A DNA stretch of 25,869 bases from a virus. Taxonomy: Duplodnaviria; Caudoviricetes. The stretch spans positions 1-25,869 of the IMG/VR virus record IMGVR_UViG_3300005400_000006; one strand, 5' to 3'. The notes under the pieces were generated by a model. The model did no database searches. It saw nothing but the letters and a program-made list of their open reading frames with translations, and was not told the origin of the DNA. The translations under genes and the position numbers were made by a program. Each line of letters starts with the position of its first letter. The first letter of the stretch is position 1. Positions 1 to 10,444 of the stretch are shown here, piece by piece.

Positions 1-1
1 A

Positions 2-3000
2 TATCAAACATCTGTTAACATTACTACTGTAACAGCAACAACAATCACTTTAGATGTTGGTGAAGCACCTATCGTAAATCATAATGTTTCTGATGCAACT
101 TATGATGCAAATACAGGTGACTTGGTATTGAATATTGGCAATCACTCATTGCCAGTAAATACAAGTATTCAACTTGCACCTGATTCGTTAACATTTACTT
201 GTGATAAAGACAATAATGCAACTACTCATACATATCCAAGAATAAGTGACCCTGCATATAATACTGCTCTTAATATTGATGCGGTAACTGCAGATACAAT
301 TACAGTCAACGTTGGGGTAGATCTCACTGCTGGTAATACTGGATTGGGAGCTACTTTCCGAGTAACTAGAAATTCTGGCGGTGTTGTTGATAGTGTAACT
401 CTAATTGACGGTGGATATGGTTATTCTGCTAGTGATACCGTCACTATTCCTGGTGGATCTATTGGTGGTGTAGACATTGCTGATGATATTACTGTCACTA
501 TCGATAGTGTAGAAACAGCATGGATTGTTGATGGTCTACAAGGAGAAGAAGGTCCTTCAATTACTGCCTTTACTTCATCTATTGAGACAATGAAGTTGGC
601 ATTTACCAATCAGTTGTTTGTCAAAGACTTGACTCTTACTGGTGACCCACAACCTGGCAATCCTGGATCTGGTCTAAGTGTATTTGGTATGTCTGGTGTT
701 ACCACCAACAATCAAGATTCACAGTCTTGCTCTAATATCCAAGCAACTGTAGACACTCTATCTCAGGTTATCTTTGCTAGAATCCGTCAGGGTGATATGG
801 TTACTGCCACATCAACAAATCCTGCATTACCAGAGGTTAATTTTGGTAGCGCACCTTCATTCCAAGAGAAATGTAAGCGTGACATTGGTATTGTTGTTGA
901 TGCAATCGCAGAAGATTTGGGTCTTGGTGGTAATTACAATGTTATTAATGCAACGCTATCTTACTTCGATAGCACTGGTAACACTCTTATCAGTAATGGT
1001 CTTGCTGGAGAATTGGTGCAGTCAATTACTGCATTTGCAGAAGCAAGAGATCTTTGCTTCAAAGCAGTAACTAATCAACTCAACGTTAGAGACTTTGATA
1101 TTACTTCTGGTCCTGGTCAGATTGGTGTTGCTGGACCTAACATTCCTAACGACAATCCTAATGCTTGTTTAGATGTAAGAAACAGTATCGATACTTTATT
1201 CGGTATTCTAATTGATAAACTCAACAACTCTGCTTTAGCACTACCTGCTACCACATATAATGCTGGTGCATATTCATTAATTGGTGAGTTAAACATTGCT
1301 GTATATGCTTATAAGAAGGCAAGAGACCTTGCAATTCTTGCAATGCGTAATTGGAAAACTGGTGATGGTCTTGCTACAGACCCACTATACGTTAAGGATG
1401 GAAGCAATACCTTAGATTACAATGTAGATTTGACTATTGATACATCTACAGCAGGCGTCCCTGTTTGTGCTGATGTTGCTTACACTATTGCTACTGAGTT
1501 TGATATTCTTATTGATGCACTTGAGAGCACAGGACCACTACCTCCTAGAAATTCTGGCAGTGATGAATATATTGTTAGATATTCTCCACAGAAAGATGAT
1601 AGCATTACTCTTGATTCTGGTGCAGATAAGTGTGCAGGCACGAAAGATGCTATTATTGAGAAGATGCGTGTGGTGGACAGCATCATCCGTAATGGTGTAG
1701 ATGCAGAGCCTCTAGTTTCTCAACTAGTCAATACTTCTGACTTTGCAACCAGAGCAACACTATTCCGTGTTGGTGGTGCTAATCCTCACAATATGGAAAC
1801 TGGCACACCTGTTAGACTTGTGCCTAAAGCAGCAAATGATACTGTTGATAAGCGCCTTATTAGACTACCTAAAGGATTTGATACCAACACCAAGTATTAT
1901 GTTATTGCTCCTGGCAAGATTACACAACCAAATGATTATTCATCTGGTGGTGCGACAGCACAGTTTAATGATTCTCAAACATTCATGCTTGCAACTAGCC
2001 CTGAAAATGCTACTGCAGGTAACTACATCTACTCGTCTGAAACTGCTACAATCAGTAAAGATATTGAGATTGAAGTCCATCAGTATCTAACTGATGTTAA
2101 CTATGACCTACATCGTTATACTTGTGAGTTAGTTAGCTCTAGAGTATTTGAGACTACTACTAACCATGTCTTCGATACCGCTATCAATGGCGTCCAAATT
2201 CAGCAGGTATTCTTCTATCCACTAGAAACAAATCTAGTTAATGGCGAAGCAGTTGGTGCTGCCCTTGATACTCTACCTACCAAGACTACTGGTGATAGAT
2301 TAGAGATTGATAGACCATATTATGTCGGTCGCCCAGCAACCTACACTAAGAATAACGAATTCTCTCTATATCTTACTGTCCAGAATGCTATCGACAAGCA
2401 GAATGCTGTCCAATTTAACTTCCCAAGTGGTCAGTCATTCCATGTCTTTGCAACCAAGAAGAGAAGTCCTCTGGGTTATGATGCAGCACAGCAGTCTTGG
2501 TATATCAAGTCTCTGCAGTCTGGTAACGAGATTTATGAAAGAATCACGATGGCAGATGCATCGAGAGGAAGTCTCTATGTTAACAAGCCACCTCGCACTC
2601 CTGACTCATTCTTCTATAGAGCAGACGATTCTAGAAAGAAAGAGGATAAGTCATACAAACTACGCTATGTCATTCCTAACTATCGCGATGATGTTAGAGA
2701 CCCTCTTGAAGGTTTTGCAATCAGACTTAGAACTGACGAGAAGAGAAAACTTCTACCACAGAAATTACTTCTCAAACCAGTTGCTGCTGGCGTCCAGAAA
2801 GATGCTACATTTTTTGAAGAAGGACCATCACCAAGAGAAAGACTCGGCGTATCTGCTGCTCTAACTGAATATGACCCATACAATCCAATCTTTGCAAAGC
2901 GTATTGAGGGCACAAAGACAGAATCTAATATATCTTTCACTATTCAGTCTGCAAGGACAAATGCTGATGGGTATCTAGAGATGACGGTCTTTGACCACGG

Positions 3001-6000
3001 TCTAGACCTAGAGTCACTCAAAGCAGAAAGATTTGTATCAGTTAAGGTTGGACAACCTCAAGGTGGTAATGGTGACTTTGTTGAAGGGTCTACTGTTACC
3101 TGGTATGGTGATTATACTGGTAGTGCAACTGTCCACTCATGGTTTGGCACTGAGAATGTAGAAGGTGGTCTAGAAGCGTTTAACTATCTAATCCTTAAAG
3201 GTGTAAACGGATCTTTAGATTTTGCTGATAATAAGCAAACCTTCATCAGACAAACTATTGCAGGTCAAACAGATGTTACTGCTGAAGTCTTAGATAGACC
3301 TAATTTTGGTAAGGAAGATAAGAAAGACTTCCTCTATGGTGTTGAAGCATCTAACGTTTACTGCATTACTCCTGGTGATGTTATTACTGACGATGCTGCT
3401 AGACAGTATAGAGTCGTTAGTGTTGAAGATGTATCTGACCTAACTGATACCTATTACATCTATAGTATTGAAGAGATTCAGAGAAGAATCCCACGTCAGC
3501 AAGATGGTGTTTACTATCTAACTGTTGTCCGTGGTAACATTTCACCTCTACCTCTTGGATCTGGTATCGGACAAAACTTTAGAAACTTTAAGTTTAGTCA
3601 ACCTGTATCTAGATTATATCCTCTCACCTACAAAAATGACCCACTACTCTTCCAGTATGATGGTAGTGATGAGCAGGGTGGTAATCAAGATGCTACACTT
3701 CTCGACCCACCAGCAGCATCTTGTGCTGCTGACAACTATATCCATGGTTTAGTTACAATCAACGATGCTAAGAATTCTGCTACTAAAGAAGCAATCTTAG
3801 ACCTTATTTCTAATCCTGGGTCTGGTGACTACAGTTATACTGGTATTAATGAAATTAAGGCACAAACTGGTGCTGCATCATCTGGTGCAGAAGAAAGACT
3901 AATTCCTATTGCAGGTGACTCTGGATTCCCACTAGAGCAAAAACTCTTTATTGAATTAAGAAGACCATCTATTGCTCGTGCTGGTAACCACACATTTGAG
4001 TATCTTGGATTCGGTCCTGGTAACTACTCTACAGGTTTCCCTGTAAGACAGACAGTTATCCTAACTGATATCCAAGACTACTATGCACAAGCTAAGAAGG
4101 AAGATGCAGGTATTGTTTTCTATACTGGTATCAACTCTAATGGTGAATTGTATATCGGTAATCGTAAGATTAACGCTATTACTGGCGAAGAAGAATTCTT
4201 AGATGCATTAATCCTAGAAGAGGATGATACAGAAGATGGTGAATTCGGTAGTCTCGTTACGGTCTTTGAAGACCCCGTAACGTTTGAGAATATTATTACT
4301 CTCAATGCTCCACCCGATTTAAGAAACTTCTTTAACTCTCCTGTCACTATTAATGTTGACCCTGAGTTTGAAGCGAAGATGACTCCTCCTTCACTCACAA
4401 TCGTATCACGTCCTGGTGATAGACAAGGTGTCCTGCCTGGTGATGATGACCCACAACTTGATACTACAAGAGCTGGTGATGTCATTATTGACAAGAATAG
4501 AGTAAGAGCTGCTATTTTTGACCTTAATCCAAGAGGCACACAGAGATATACTCTGAGGTCTGGTATTACTAATTTGACACCTAATCAGGATACAACTGGC
4601 ACAAAAGCAAGATTTAATTCTTCCCAAACAATTTCTTTTGGATCTAGTGTCCCATTATCTGGTGATATTCTATTCAAGGGGGGTGAAGTTGGTAATACTG
4701 GGTCACTTGGTTGGATATATGCTAACTCTTATGTCCCATATACTTTAAGTGCAACTGCTGGTAATGAGTCTTCTATTGACATTACTGGAATACAATTCTA
4801 TCCAAACCTTAACGTTGTTAAAGTAATCTTCCAAGTTGGTAAGGTTAACTTTAGTTCTAGTAATCCTGGAGCATCTTTAGGTATTACATTAAGTAGTCAA
4901 ATTAAAATTACTGGTGGACAAGATAGACTTGCAACACTTAATGGAGTCCATACTGTATATAATAATGCTGCTGAGGGCTATGAGTATCTAGAATCTAATG
5001 GTTATGTCTATCTCCTTACTGAGAGAGCATCTGAGGCAGTATTGATAGGTAATCCTCCTTACATTTCTACCACAAATCCAGCACAGCAAGGTAATTTAGA
5101 AATTTCACTTGGACAATCTTCTTGGAAGGAAACTGGTGTTATTGGAGCAGAAGCATTACGCACAGAAACTTCTGTTTATGGTGATTACAGACTAGGTGTT
5201 AATACAGTTGCTAGAGCAGTTTCTAGTGATTACATCGATGGATTTGCTTCTTCTGATACATATCCAAGAGCAAACCTTGATGTTGTCGGCACGACATATA
5301 TTAGTGGCAGGACGCAAACAACACTGTCTGACGGTACTGGGGGCACACCTGAGGCATCTAATTATGCTCTCTTGGTTGGTGGTGATAGCTCAAATGAAGA
5401 TTCAACTGCAGAATTTAGAGTAGCAACTACAACTCTCTCGCAAGCTGGTCGCACTGCGGGTGGAACTGCTGATATCGACAATGGTCGAGTTGGTATTAAC
5501 GTCAATGATGCAGCACTAGATAAAAACTTCGTTGTTTCTGGTGATGCAAGAATTACTGGCGACTTCACGTTTGAGCGTGATATTGATGTTGATGGTGGCG
5601 ATATTCGCTCCTCCAGCACAAACTTTGCCATCGCTAACCAGGCAACAACAACAGGTCTAACTGTTGCTGGTTATGCACAAAACATTCAACTTGGTAATCT
5701 TGCTACAGGATTCCAGAATATTGACATCGGCACAGCATCTATTGCTGCTACCACACTAGACATCCATACTTCTTCTACTGATTCTACTATCAATATTGGT
5801 ACTGTAGCAAATAATGACACTGGACATAAATCTAAAATTACTGTTGGTGGTGCATTTGCTAATAACCAAGATAGTTTCTTCAACATTAAAAACTTCCAGA
5901 CAATTGTTGATGGTGTATTGACACTCAATGGTGGTGAAATTAACACTACATCACCAACTGGTGAGTTTACGATGTTTGAGAGCGGTCTCACCAAATTATC

Positions 6001-8392
6001 GATTGGACTTAGTGTTGGCACACTAGAGATTGGTGGTGTTGCAGGTACTTCTAAGATTAGAAACGGTCTGCATGTCTTAGGGTCTTCTCTATTCGAGTCA
6101 GATATTACTCAGAATGGTGGTCTTAAGAATACCAACCTTGGTATTGATAGAAACGTCTTTGGTTTAATCAAAGTTGCTAGCGTCTCTAGAACGTCTAACG
6201 TTGCTACTGTTACTACAATTGATACACATCAGTTAACAACTGGAGATAATGTTGAGATTGAAACAAGTTTCAACTCATTCAATCCAACTGGAGTTGTTAG
6301 CGTAACGGTTACTGGCACAAACACATTTACATATAGCAATGCAGGTGGCGATGTTGCATCAACATCTACTACAGGTACTGTTATTAGAGATAATGTTGGT
6401 GAAAACCAAGCAGTTGGCAGTCTTGCAAACCTCAATATTGATTACTTCTCAGTAATCAATAATTTAGACGATCTATTAAGTATTACTACAATTTCTAGCA
6501 ATAAACTGATTGTCTCATCTGCACCATATAGTGCAAATGATGCTATTGTCTTCTTTGACACAGGTAATATAACAGGAATATCTACTAACACCACATATTA
6601 TATTGCTGATAGAGATTCTGCAGGATTTACCCTCAAAGATGCATCTGATAATTCTATTACTGTTGGATTATTAAGTGGTGCAACAGATGCTGGTAATGCA
6701 AGAATGCAACTACAGTCCACCAGAATTGATACATCTGGTGACATACCTTGGGGGGATGACACTTTCAAGACTGGCAATCTTACAATTGATGGGCAGGAAA
6801 TTTATGAATTGCCTATTAACAACCCGTCAGGTGTTAGCATTAATCAACTTCTATTGATTGATGCTGAAATTGTTAAGACAGTTGATTATCCAACATCATT
6901 AGTCCCAGATTCTCCAGTCCCATATTCTGTCCAGGTTATTAGAGGACAAAGAGGCACCGCAGCTGCCGCTCATGAAGACGATTCTAGAATCTTCAGATTG
7001 GTCGAGCAGCAAAATGCTTCATATATCTTCCCATCACCGCTAACTGCGACAGATCAGGTTGTAAATGTTGCTGAATTCTCTGCAAACATTCAAGTTGATG
7101 ACTTATTCAGATTAAATAAGATTGACCTAGACACTGGTGGTGAGTATGTCAGAATCTCTGTTATCAATCCAGCAGATGCTCAGACATTCACTATCAACAA
7201 TGGTGATTTTGGTGTTGCAGGAGCTGAAAAGAATCCTCTAGAAGTATTTAAAGTAATATCAACAACTGGTCAGACACAAGTTACTGGTGATGTTGTTATT
7301 GGATATGATACTGCAAAACCATTTGTTAATGCAGCAAATGACCAGAATTTTGCTGATGCGACTGGTTTACAAAGTAGCACTGCTACTGGATCTACAATAC
7401 AGACTACAGGTGGTGGTAACTTAACCGTCCACAACTCTATTGAGTTAAGTGGTAATACGGATACCAGCAATCCTGCTAAGCAATACTTTGTAATTACTAA
7501 CGGCACTCTACCTAAATTCTACGTTGAGTCTGCTTCTGGTGATACCAAACTATATAACGGTGCAGATTTTAAAATCTTTAAGGATTCCTTCTTTGCTACA
7601 GGAAACTTTGATAAGAGTAGGACTGATGCTGCTACAAACATTGCTCTTGAAGTCTTGGGTGCCACTGGTAACACTAAGGTAGCAGGCACACTGAGAGCGG
7701 GTAACGACCTTACAGTTGGCACTCTACAAAATTCTGCTAATACTGAAACTGGTAGTAATCCTTTCACTACTAGATTCTCTGTTGATGCTCAACTTGGCAG
7801 CACAGTGGTTGGTAGAGCGTTAACATCCTCTAATACGGGAGCAACTCTTACTGTCCATGGCACATATACCAGCTCTCCTTCTGCTGCTGACAATTACTTA
7901 AGCATCAATAACTTAGGTGAGAATAACGCAAAACCATTTAGAATTAGAGGTGACGCTTCCATTGAGGCATTTGGTCATGAAAACTTCTACAACTACAATG
8001 GTGGTAGAAAGACAATCTTTGTTTCTACACAAGGCAACAATGATTCTAGTGCAGTTGAATTGAAATCAAACTTACAATATCTTGTAAGACCTTCTTCTAC
8101 ATTGGTTCTACGACTACCAGACGAAGCGGTAACTGGCGATACAGTGAGAATTGTAGATGTTGGTGGCGCACTTAACTTTAACGTTAATTTGGTTGTGAGA
8201 GCACCTCTTGGTACTAGAGTCCAAGGTGGAGAAACTGGTAGTAGTCTTGGTGGTGCTTCTAACTACGGTGGCGGTGAATTAGTTGTTAACACACCAAATG
8301 CTGCTTTCGGTCTCATCTATGTCGGTGATATTGATGCAGATGGCAACGGTATTGCTGGTGAGCAGCAAGGTTGGTTCTTGATGGAGATTTAA
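2..8392 (+). CDS. Giant virion structural / tail fibre protein, 5' truncated (>2790 aa in window)
   Basis: Frame is open from base 2 (YQTSVNITTVTATTITLDVG...) so 122 is not the true start. Gly/Thr/Asn/Asp-rich. Helical Cys repeats (CSNIQATVDTL, KCKRDIGIVVDAIAEDL, CLDVRNSIDTL, CADVAYTI), ELRRPSIARAGNHTFEYLGFGPGNYSTG and C-terminal LPxxxxxGDxVRIVDxGG resemble giant cyanomyovirus structural/fibre proteins. Confidence 0.85.
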   Translation, partial: YQTSVNITTVTATTITLDVGEAPIVNHNVSDATYDANTGDLVLNIGNHSLPVNTSIQLAPDSLTFTCDKDNNATTHTYPRISDPAYNTALNIDAVTADTITVNVGVDLTAGNTGLGATFRVTRNSGGVVDSVTLIDGGYGYSASDTVTIPGGSIGGVDIADDITVTIDSVETAWIVDGLQGEEGPSITAFTSSIETMKLAFTNQLFVKDLTLTGDPQPGNPGSGLSVFGMSGVTTNNQDSQSCSNIQATVDTLSQVIFARIRQGDMVTATSTNPALPEVNFGSAPSFQEKCKRDIGIVVDAIAEDLGLGGNYNVINATLSYFDSTGNTLISNGLAGELVQSITAFAEARDLCFKAVTNQLNVRDFDITSGPGQIGVAGPNIPNDNPNACLDVRNSIDTLFGILIDKLNNSALALPATTYNAGAYSLIGELNIAVYAYKKARDLAILAMRNWKTGDGLATDPLYVKDGSNTLDYNVDLTIDTSTAGVPVCADVAYTIATEFDILIDALESTGPLPPRNSGSDEYIVRYSPQKDDSITLDSGADKCAGTKDAIIEKMRVVDSIIRNGVDAEPLVSQLVNTSDFATRATLFRVGGANPHNMETGTPVRLVPKAANDTVDKRLIRLPKGFDTNTKYYVIAPGKITQPNDYSSGGATAQFNDSQTFMLATSPENATAGNYIYSSETATISKDIEIEVHQYLTDVNYDLHRYTCELVSSRVFETTTNHVFDTAINGVQIQQVFFYPLETNLVNGEAVGAALDTLPTKTTGDRLEIDRPYYVGRPATYTKNNEFSLYLTVQNAIDKQNAVQFNFPSGQSFHVFATKKRSPLGYDAAQQSWYIKSLQSGNEIYERITMADASRGSLYVNKPPRTPDSFFYRADDSRKKEDKSYKLRYVIPNYRDDVRDPLEGFAIRLRTDEKRKLLPQKLLLKPVAAGVQKDATFFEEGPSPRERLGVSAALTEYDPYNPIFAKRIEGTKTESNISFTIQSARTNADGYLEMTVFDHGLDLESLKAERFVSVKVGQPQGGNGDFVEGSTVTWYGDYTGSATVHSWFGTENVEGGLEAFNYLILKGVNGSLDFADNKQTFIRQTIAGQTDVTAEVLDRPNFGKEDKKDFLYGVEASNVYCITPGDVITDDAARQYRVVSVEDVSDLTDTYYIYSIEEIQRRIPRQQDGVYYLTVVRGNISPLPLGSGIGQNFRNFKFSQPVSRLYPLTYKNDPLLFQYDGSDEQGGNQDATLLDPPAASCAADNYIHGLVTINDAKNSATKEAILDLISNPGSGDYSYTGINEIKAQTGAASSGAEERLIPIAGDSGFPLEQKLFIELRRPSIARAGNHTFEYLGFGPGNYSTGFPVRQTVILTDIQDYYAQAKKEDAGIVFYTGINSNGELYIGNRKINAITGEEEFLDALILEEDDTEDGEFGSLVTVFEDPVTFENIITLNAPPDLRNFFNSPVTINVDPEFEAKMTPPSLTIVSRPGDRQGVLPGDDDPQLDTTRAGDVIIDKNRVRAAIFDLNPRGTQRYTLRSGITNLTPNQDTTGTKARFNSSQTISFGSSVPLSGDILFKGGEVGNTGSLGWIYANSYVPYTLSATAGNESSIDITGIQFYPNLNVVKVIFQVGKVNFSSSNPGASLGITLSSQIKITGGQDRLATLNGVHTVYNNAAEGYEYLESNGYVYLLTERASEAVLIGNPPYISTTNPAQQGNLEISLGQSSWKETGVIGAEALRTETSVYGDYRLGVNTVARAVSSDYIDGFASSDTYPRANLDVVGTTYISGRTQTTLSDGTGGTPEASNYALLVGGDSSNEDSTAEFRVATTTLSQAGRTAGGTADIDNGRVGINVNDAALDKNFVVSGDARITGDFTFERDIDVDGGDIRSSSTNFAIANQATTTGLTVAGYAQNIQLGNLATGFQNIDIGTASIAATTLDIHTSSTDSTINIGTVANNDTGHKSKITVGGAFANNQDSFFNIKNFQTIVDGVLTLNGGEINTTSPTGEFTMFESGLTKLSIGLSVGTLEIGGVAGTSKIRNGLHVLGSSLFESDITQNGGLKNTNLGIDRNVFGLIKVASVSRTSNVATVTTIDTHQLTTGDNVEIETSFNSFNPTGVVSVTVTGTNTFTYSNAGGDVASTSTTGTVIRDNVGENQAVGSLANLNIDYFSVINNLDDLLSITTISSNKLIVSSAPYSANDAIVFFDTGNITGISTNTTYYIADRDSAGFTLKDASDNSITVGLLSGATDAGNARMQLQSTRIDTSGDIPWGDDTFKTGNLTIDGQEIYELPINNPSGVSINQLLLIDAEIVKTVDYPTSLVPDSPVPYSVQVIRGQRGTAAAAHEDDSRIFRLVEQQNASYIFPSPLTATDQVVNVAEFSANIQVDDLFRLNKIDLDTGGEYVRISVINPADAQTFTINNGDFGVAGAEKNPLEVFKVISTTGQTQVTGDVVIGYDTAKPFVNAANDQNFADATGLQSSTATGSTIQTTGGGNLTVHNSIELSGNTDTSNPAKQYFVITNGTLPKFYVESASGDTKLYNGADFKIFKDSFFATGNFDKSRTDAATNIALEVLGATGNTKVAGTLRAGNDLTVGTLQNSANTETGSNPFTTRFSVDAQLGSTVVGRALTSSNTGATLTVHGTYTSSPSAADNYLSINNLGENNAKPFRIRGDASIEAFGHENFYNYNGGRKTIFVSTQGNNDSSAVELKSNLQYLVRPSSTLVLRLPDEAVTGDTVRIVDVGGALNFNVNLVVRAPLGTRVQGGETGSSLGGASNYGGGELVVNTPNAAFGLIYVGDIDADGNGIAGEQQGWFLMEI

Positions 8393-8396
8393 CTTA

Positions 8397-9521
8397 ATGT
8401 CATTCGCAGACGTAACAAAATATAATAGAGTAAGGTCTATGAAAGGTTTGCCTGTGGGAGCTATTATCCCATGGGCATCTGACCAAGGTCAAATACCTAC
8501 TGGATGGACTGTATGTAATGGTGTTACAATTTCAAATACAAAATATCCTATTTTATTCAGGGTTATAGGTAATAGCTATGGAGGCACTGCTGGTAGCACG
8601 TTTAAGTTACCGCCATTAACTAAAGGTGGCGCATCCGTCATGGATGCTTTTAAGGGACACTTTAATTATCTTAAAACTAAAGGAGATGCACATAAACCAT
8701 ATGCTACTTCTATATCTGATGACCCATTTTGGACTATCGTGGGGGGAGGTACGAATGGTGATTCTGGAAACAATTCTCAGACATTTTGGATATCTACATT
8801 AGATTTGGTTGGAGAAGAAGTATCAACTACAGTAAATTTTCAAGGAATTTATGATGATATGGAAGTATCAGATGGGTCAATTTTTTTCTCAGTAAATTAT
8901 AATGCAGTTCAGTTAGGTGTGCAGCATCTTCCTTCACATACTCATGGAGACCCCTCTAATTTCTCCACTTCCTATAAGATCACGGGAGGCACAGTATCAC
9001 ATTGCAGCAGTGGAACAGGCGTTTCAGGATGGTGTAGGGTTACTTGTGACGCATCAGTAGCATACAGAGTGTCTAGGCAACCTGCGATGCATAGTAAGAT
9101 ATGCTATGCTAATAATCAGACAGATTTACAAGCAAATTTTGTTTATAGTAGTGATCCCAGAACAGGGTGGACTTCTAATGGAGGTGGTGGTGTATTTTAC
9201 CCTACTACCCAATATGCAGAGACAATCGCTTCTCTTTACAGAGATGGTGATGGTCGCTGTTCAGGAAATATGCAGTGTGGTAATAATGTTTTATTTACTT
9301 CTAAAAGTCATGAAGAGATTTATGCAGGTGCTCCACATGTTCATGGACCAAATAATTATACAATGGAAGGAAAATTTCAAGTTATCTCTCCTGGACTGCG
9401 AACTGATATTGCACTAAATACTGTTAGAATTAATAATTCTCCAGGTGTTAACTTTGGCACTATTAATGTGGAAACTGCTACTCCTTCACTAGAGATGTCG
9501 TATATCATCAGAGCATTCTAA
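8397..9521 (+). CDS. Tail-collar domain fibre protein (paralogue 1)
   Basis: N-terminal PVGAIIPW...IPTGWTVCNG...YPILFRVIGNSYGG...TFKLP is the phage tail collar signature. HxH motifs (SHTHG, PHVHG) and C-terminal YIIRAF. Confidence 0.85.
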   Translation: MSFADVTKYNRVRSMKGLPVGAIIPWASDQGQIPTGWTVCNGVTISNTKYPILFRVIGNSYGGTAGSTFKLPPLTKGGASVMDAFKGHFNYLKTKGDAHKPYATSISDDPFWTIVGGGTNGDSGNNSQTFWISTLDLVGEEVSTTVNFQGIYDDMEVSDGSIFFSVNYNAVQLGVQHLPSHTHGDPSNFSTSYKITGGTVSHCSSGTGVSGWCRVTCDASVAYRVSRQPAMHSKICYANNQTDLQANFVYSSDPRTGWTSNGGGGVFYPTTQYAETIASLYRDGDGRCSGNMQCGNNVLFTSKSHEEIYAGAPHVHGPNNYTMEGKFQVISPGLRTDIALNTVRINNSPGVNFGTINVETATPSLEMSYIIRAF

Positions 9522-9522
9522 G

Positions 9523-10440
9523 ATGAAAACTTATTCTTTCGAGAAAGGAAAACATGGTGGACCAACAGGCACTATCTTTCCGTTTTTTGCTGACATCAAT
9601 GGTTTGATTCCTGTTGATGATGATTATAGAAATTTTTGTCCTGCAGGATTTTTGAAATGTAGAGGTCAAATACTTCAAGCTGACCAATTTCCAGCTTTAG
9701 CCGAAGTATTGGGCACTGGTGCTCAATGTATATACAGAAAGACTGATACCATTTTAGAAGAGATTGGAGAAGATGGCACAGGAGGCACATTTCAGTTGCC
9801 AGATTTAGGTAGTAAATATATCACTGCTTCCAGTAATCCTGGTCAATATATCAATTCTACTACTAAAGATTCTGATAATAATGTTATCGATAGAGCAGGT
9901 GTTGCTGTAACTTTAGATGCAGCATCAGATGTAGTTGAATTTGGATATGACGGAGAGTTTTCTGCTCCTGCAGTAACATTAGATTTTACTGGTCAATGGA
10001 GATTTAAATCTCCACCATCTAGATCACCTGAAACTAGTTTATCTATAGGTAATTTTGTTGCTCACGGACACGATGGTACTTATACCATTGGTAAAATGAT
10101 TAACACAAACAACCAAGCGATGAAATCTTGTAGATGGGGTGGTATGGCATATTTCTGGCCCCTTATCTGTAGTAAATCAGGACAGTTTAACAAGGGAGAT
10201 AAACAGGCAGGCGTAATACACCAGACGATTACTTTCGACGATGCTGGTGAGGATACAGCACATGATCATCCGTTAGGTAGTCCATCTGTTTGGACAAATG
10301 GTCCGTTTAGCACAATTCCAGCAGTTACTCTTCCATCCTCTAGTCTAATCACAAATGTAAATGTGAGGACTAGAGACCTTGCCAAAATGGATGATATTTC
10401 TCCAAGATTTATTATCGCAGAATACCTAATTAAATTCTAA
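9523..10440 (+). CDS. Tail-collar domain fibre protein (paralogue 2)
   Basis: PTGTIFPF...PAGFLKCRG...FPALAEVLG...TFQLPDLG. HxH motifs (AHGHD, AHDHP) and C-terminal YLIKF. Confidence 0.85.
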   Translation: MKTYSFEKGKHGGPTGTIFPFFADINGLIPVDDDYRNFCPAGFLKCRGQILQADQFPALAEVLGTGAQCIYRKTDTILEEIGEDGTGGTFQLPDLGSKYITASSNPGQYINSTTKDSDNNVIDRAGVAVTLDAASDVVEFGYDGEFSAPAVTLDFTGQWRFKSPPSRSPETSLSIGNFVAHGHDGTYTIGKMINTNNQAMKSCRWGGMAYFWPLICSKSGQFNKGDKQAGVIHQTITFDDAGEDTAHDHPLGSPSVWTNGPFSTIPAVTLPSSSLITNVNVRTRDLAKMDDISPRFIIAEYLIKF

Positions 10441-10444
10441 AAAC

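Noticed and set aside
122-124. Track start codon of the giant ORF
   Set aside because: The frame is open to the window edge, so the real start is upstream.
421-7767. Many short antisense and alternative-frame ORFs inside the giant gene
   Set aside because: Shadows of a strongly biased coding frame, with no RBS, promoters or recognisable motifs.
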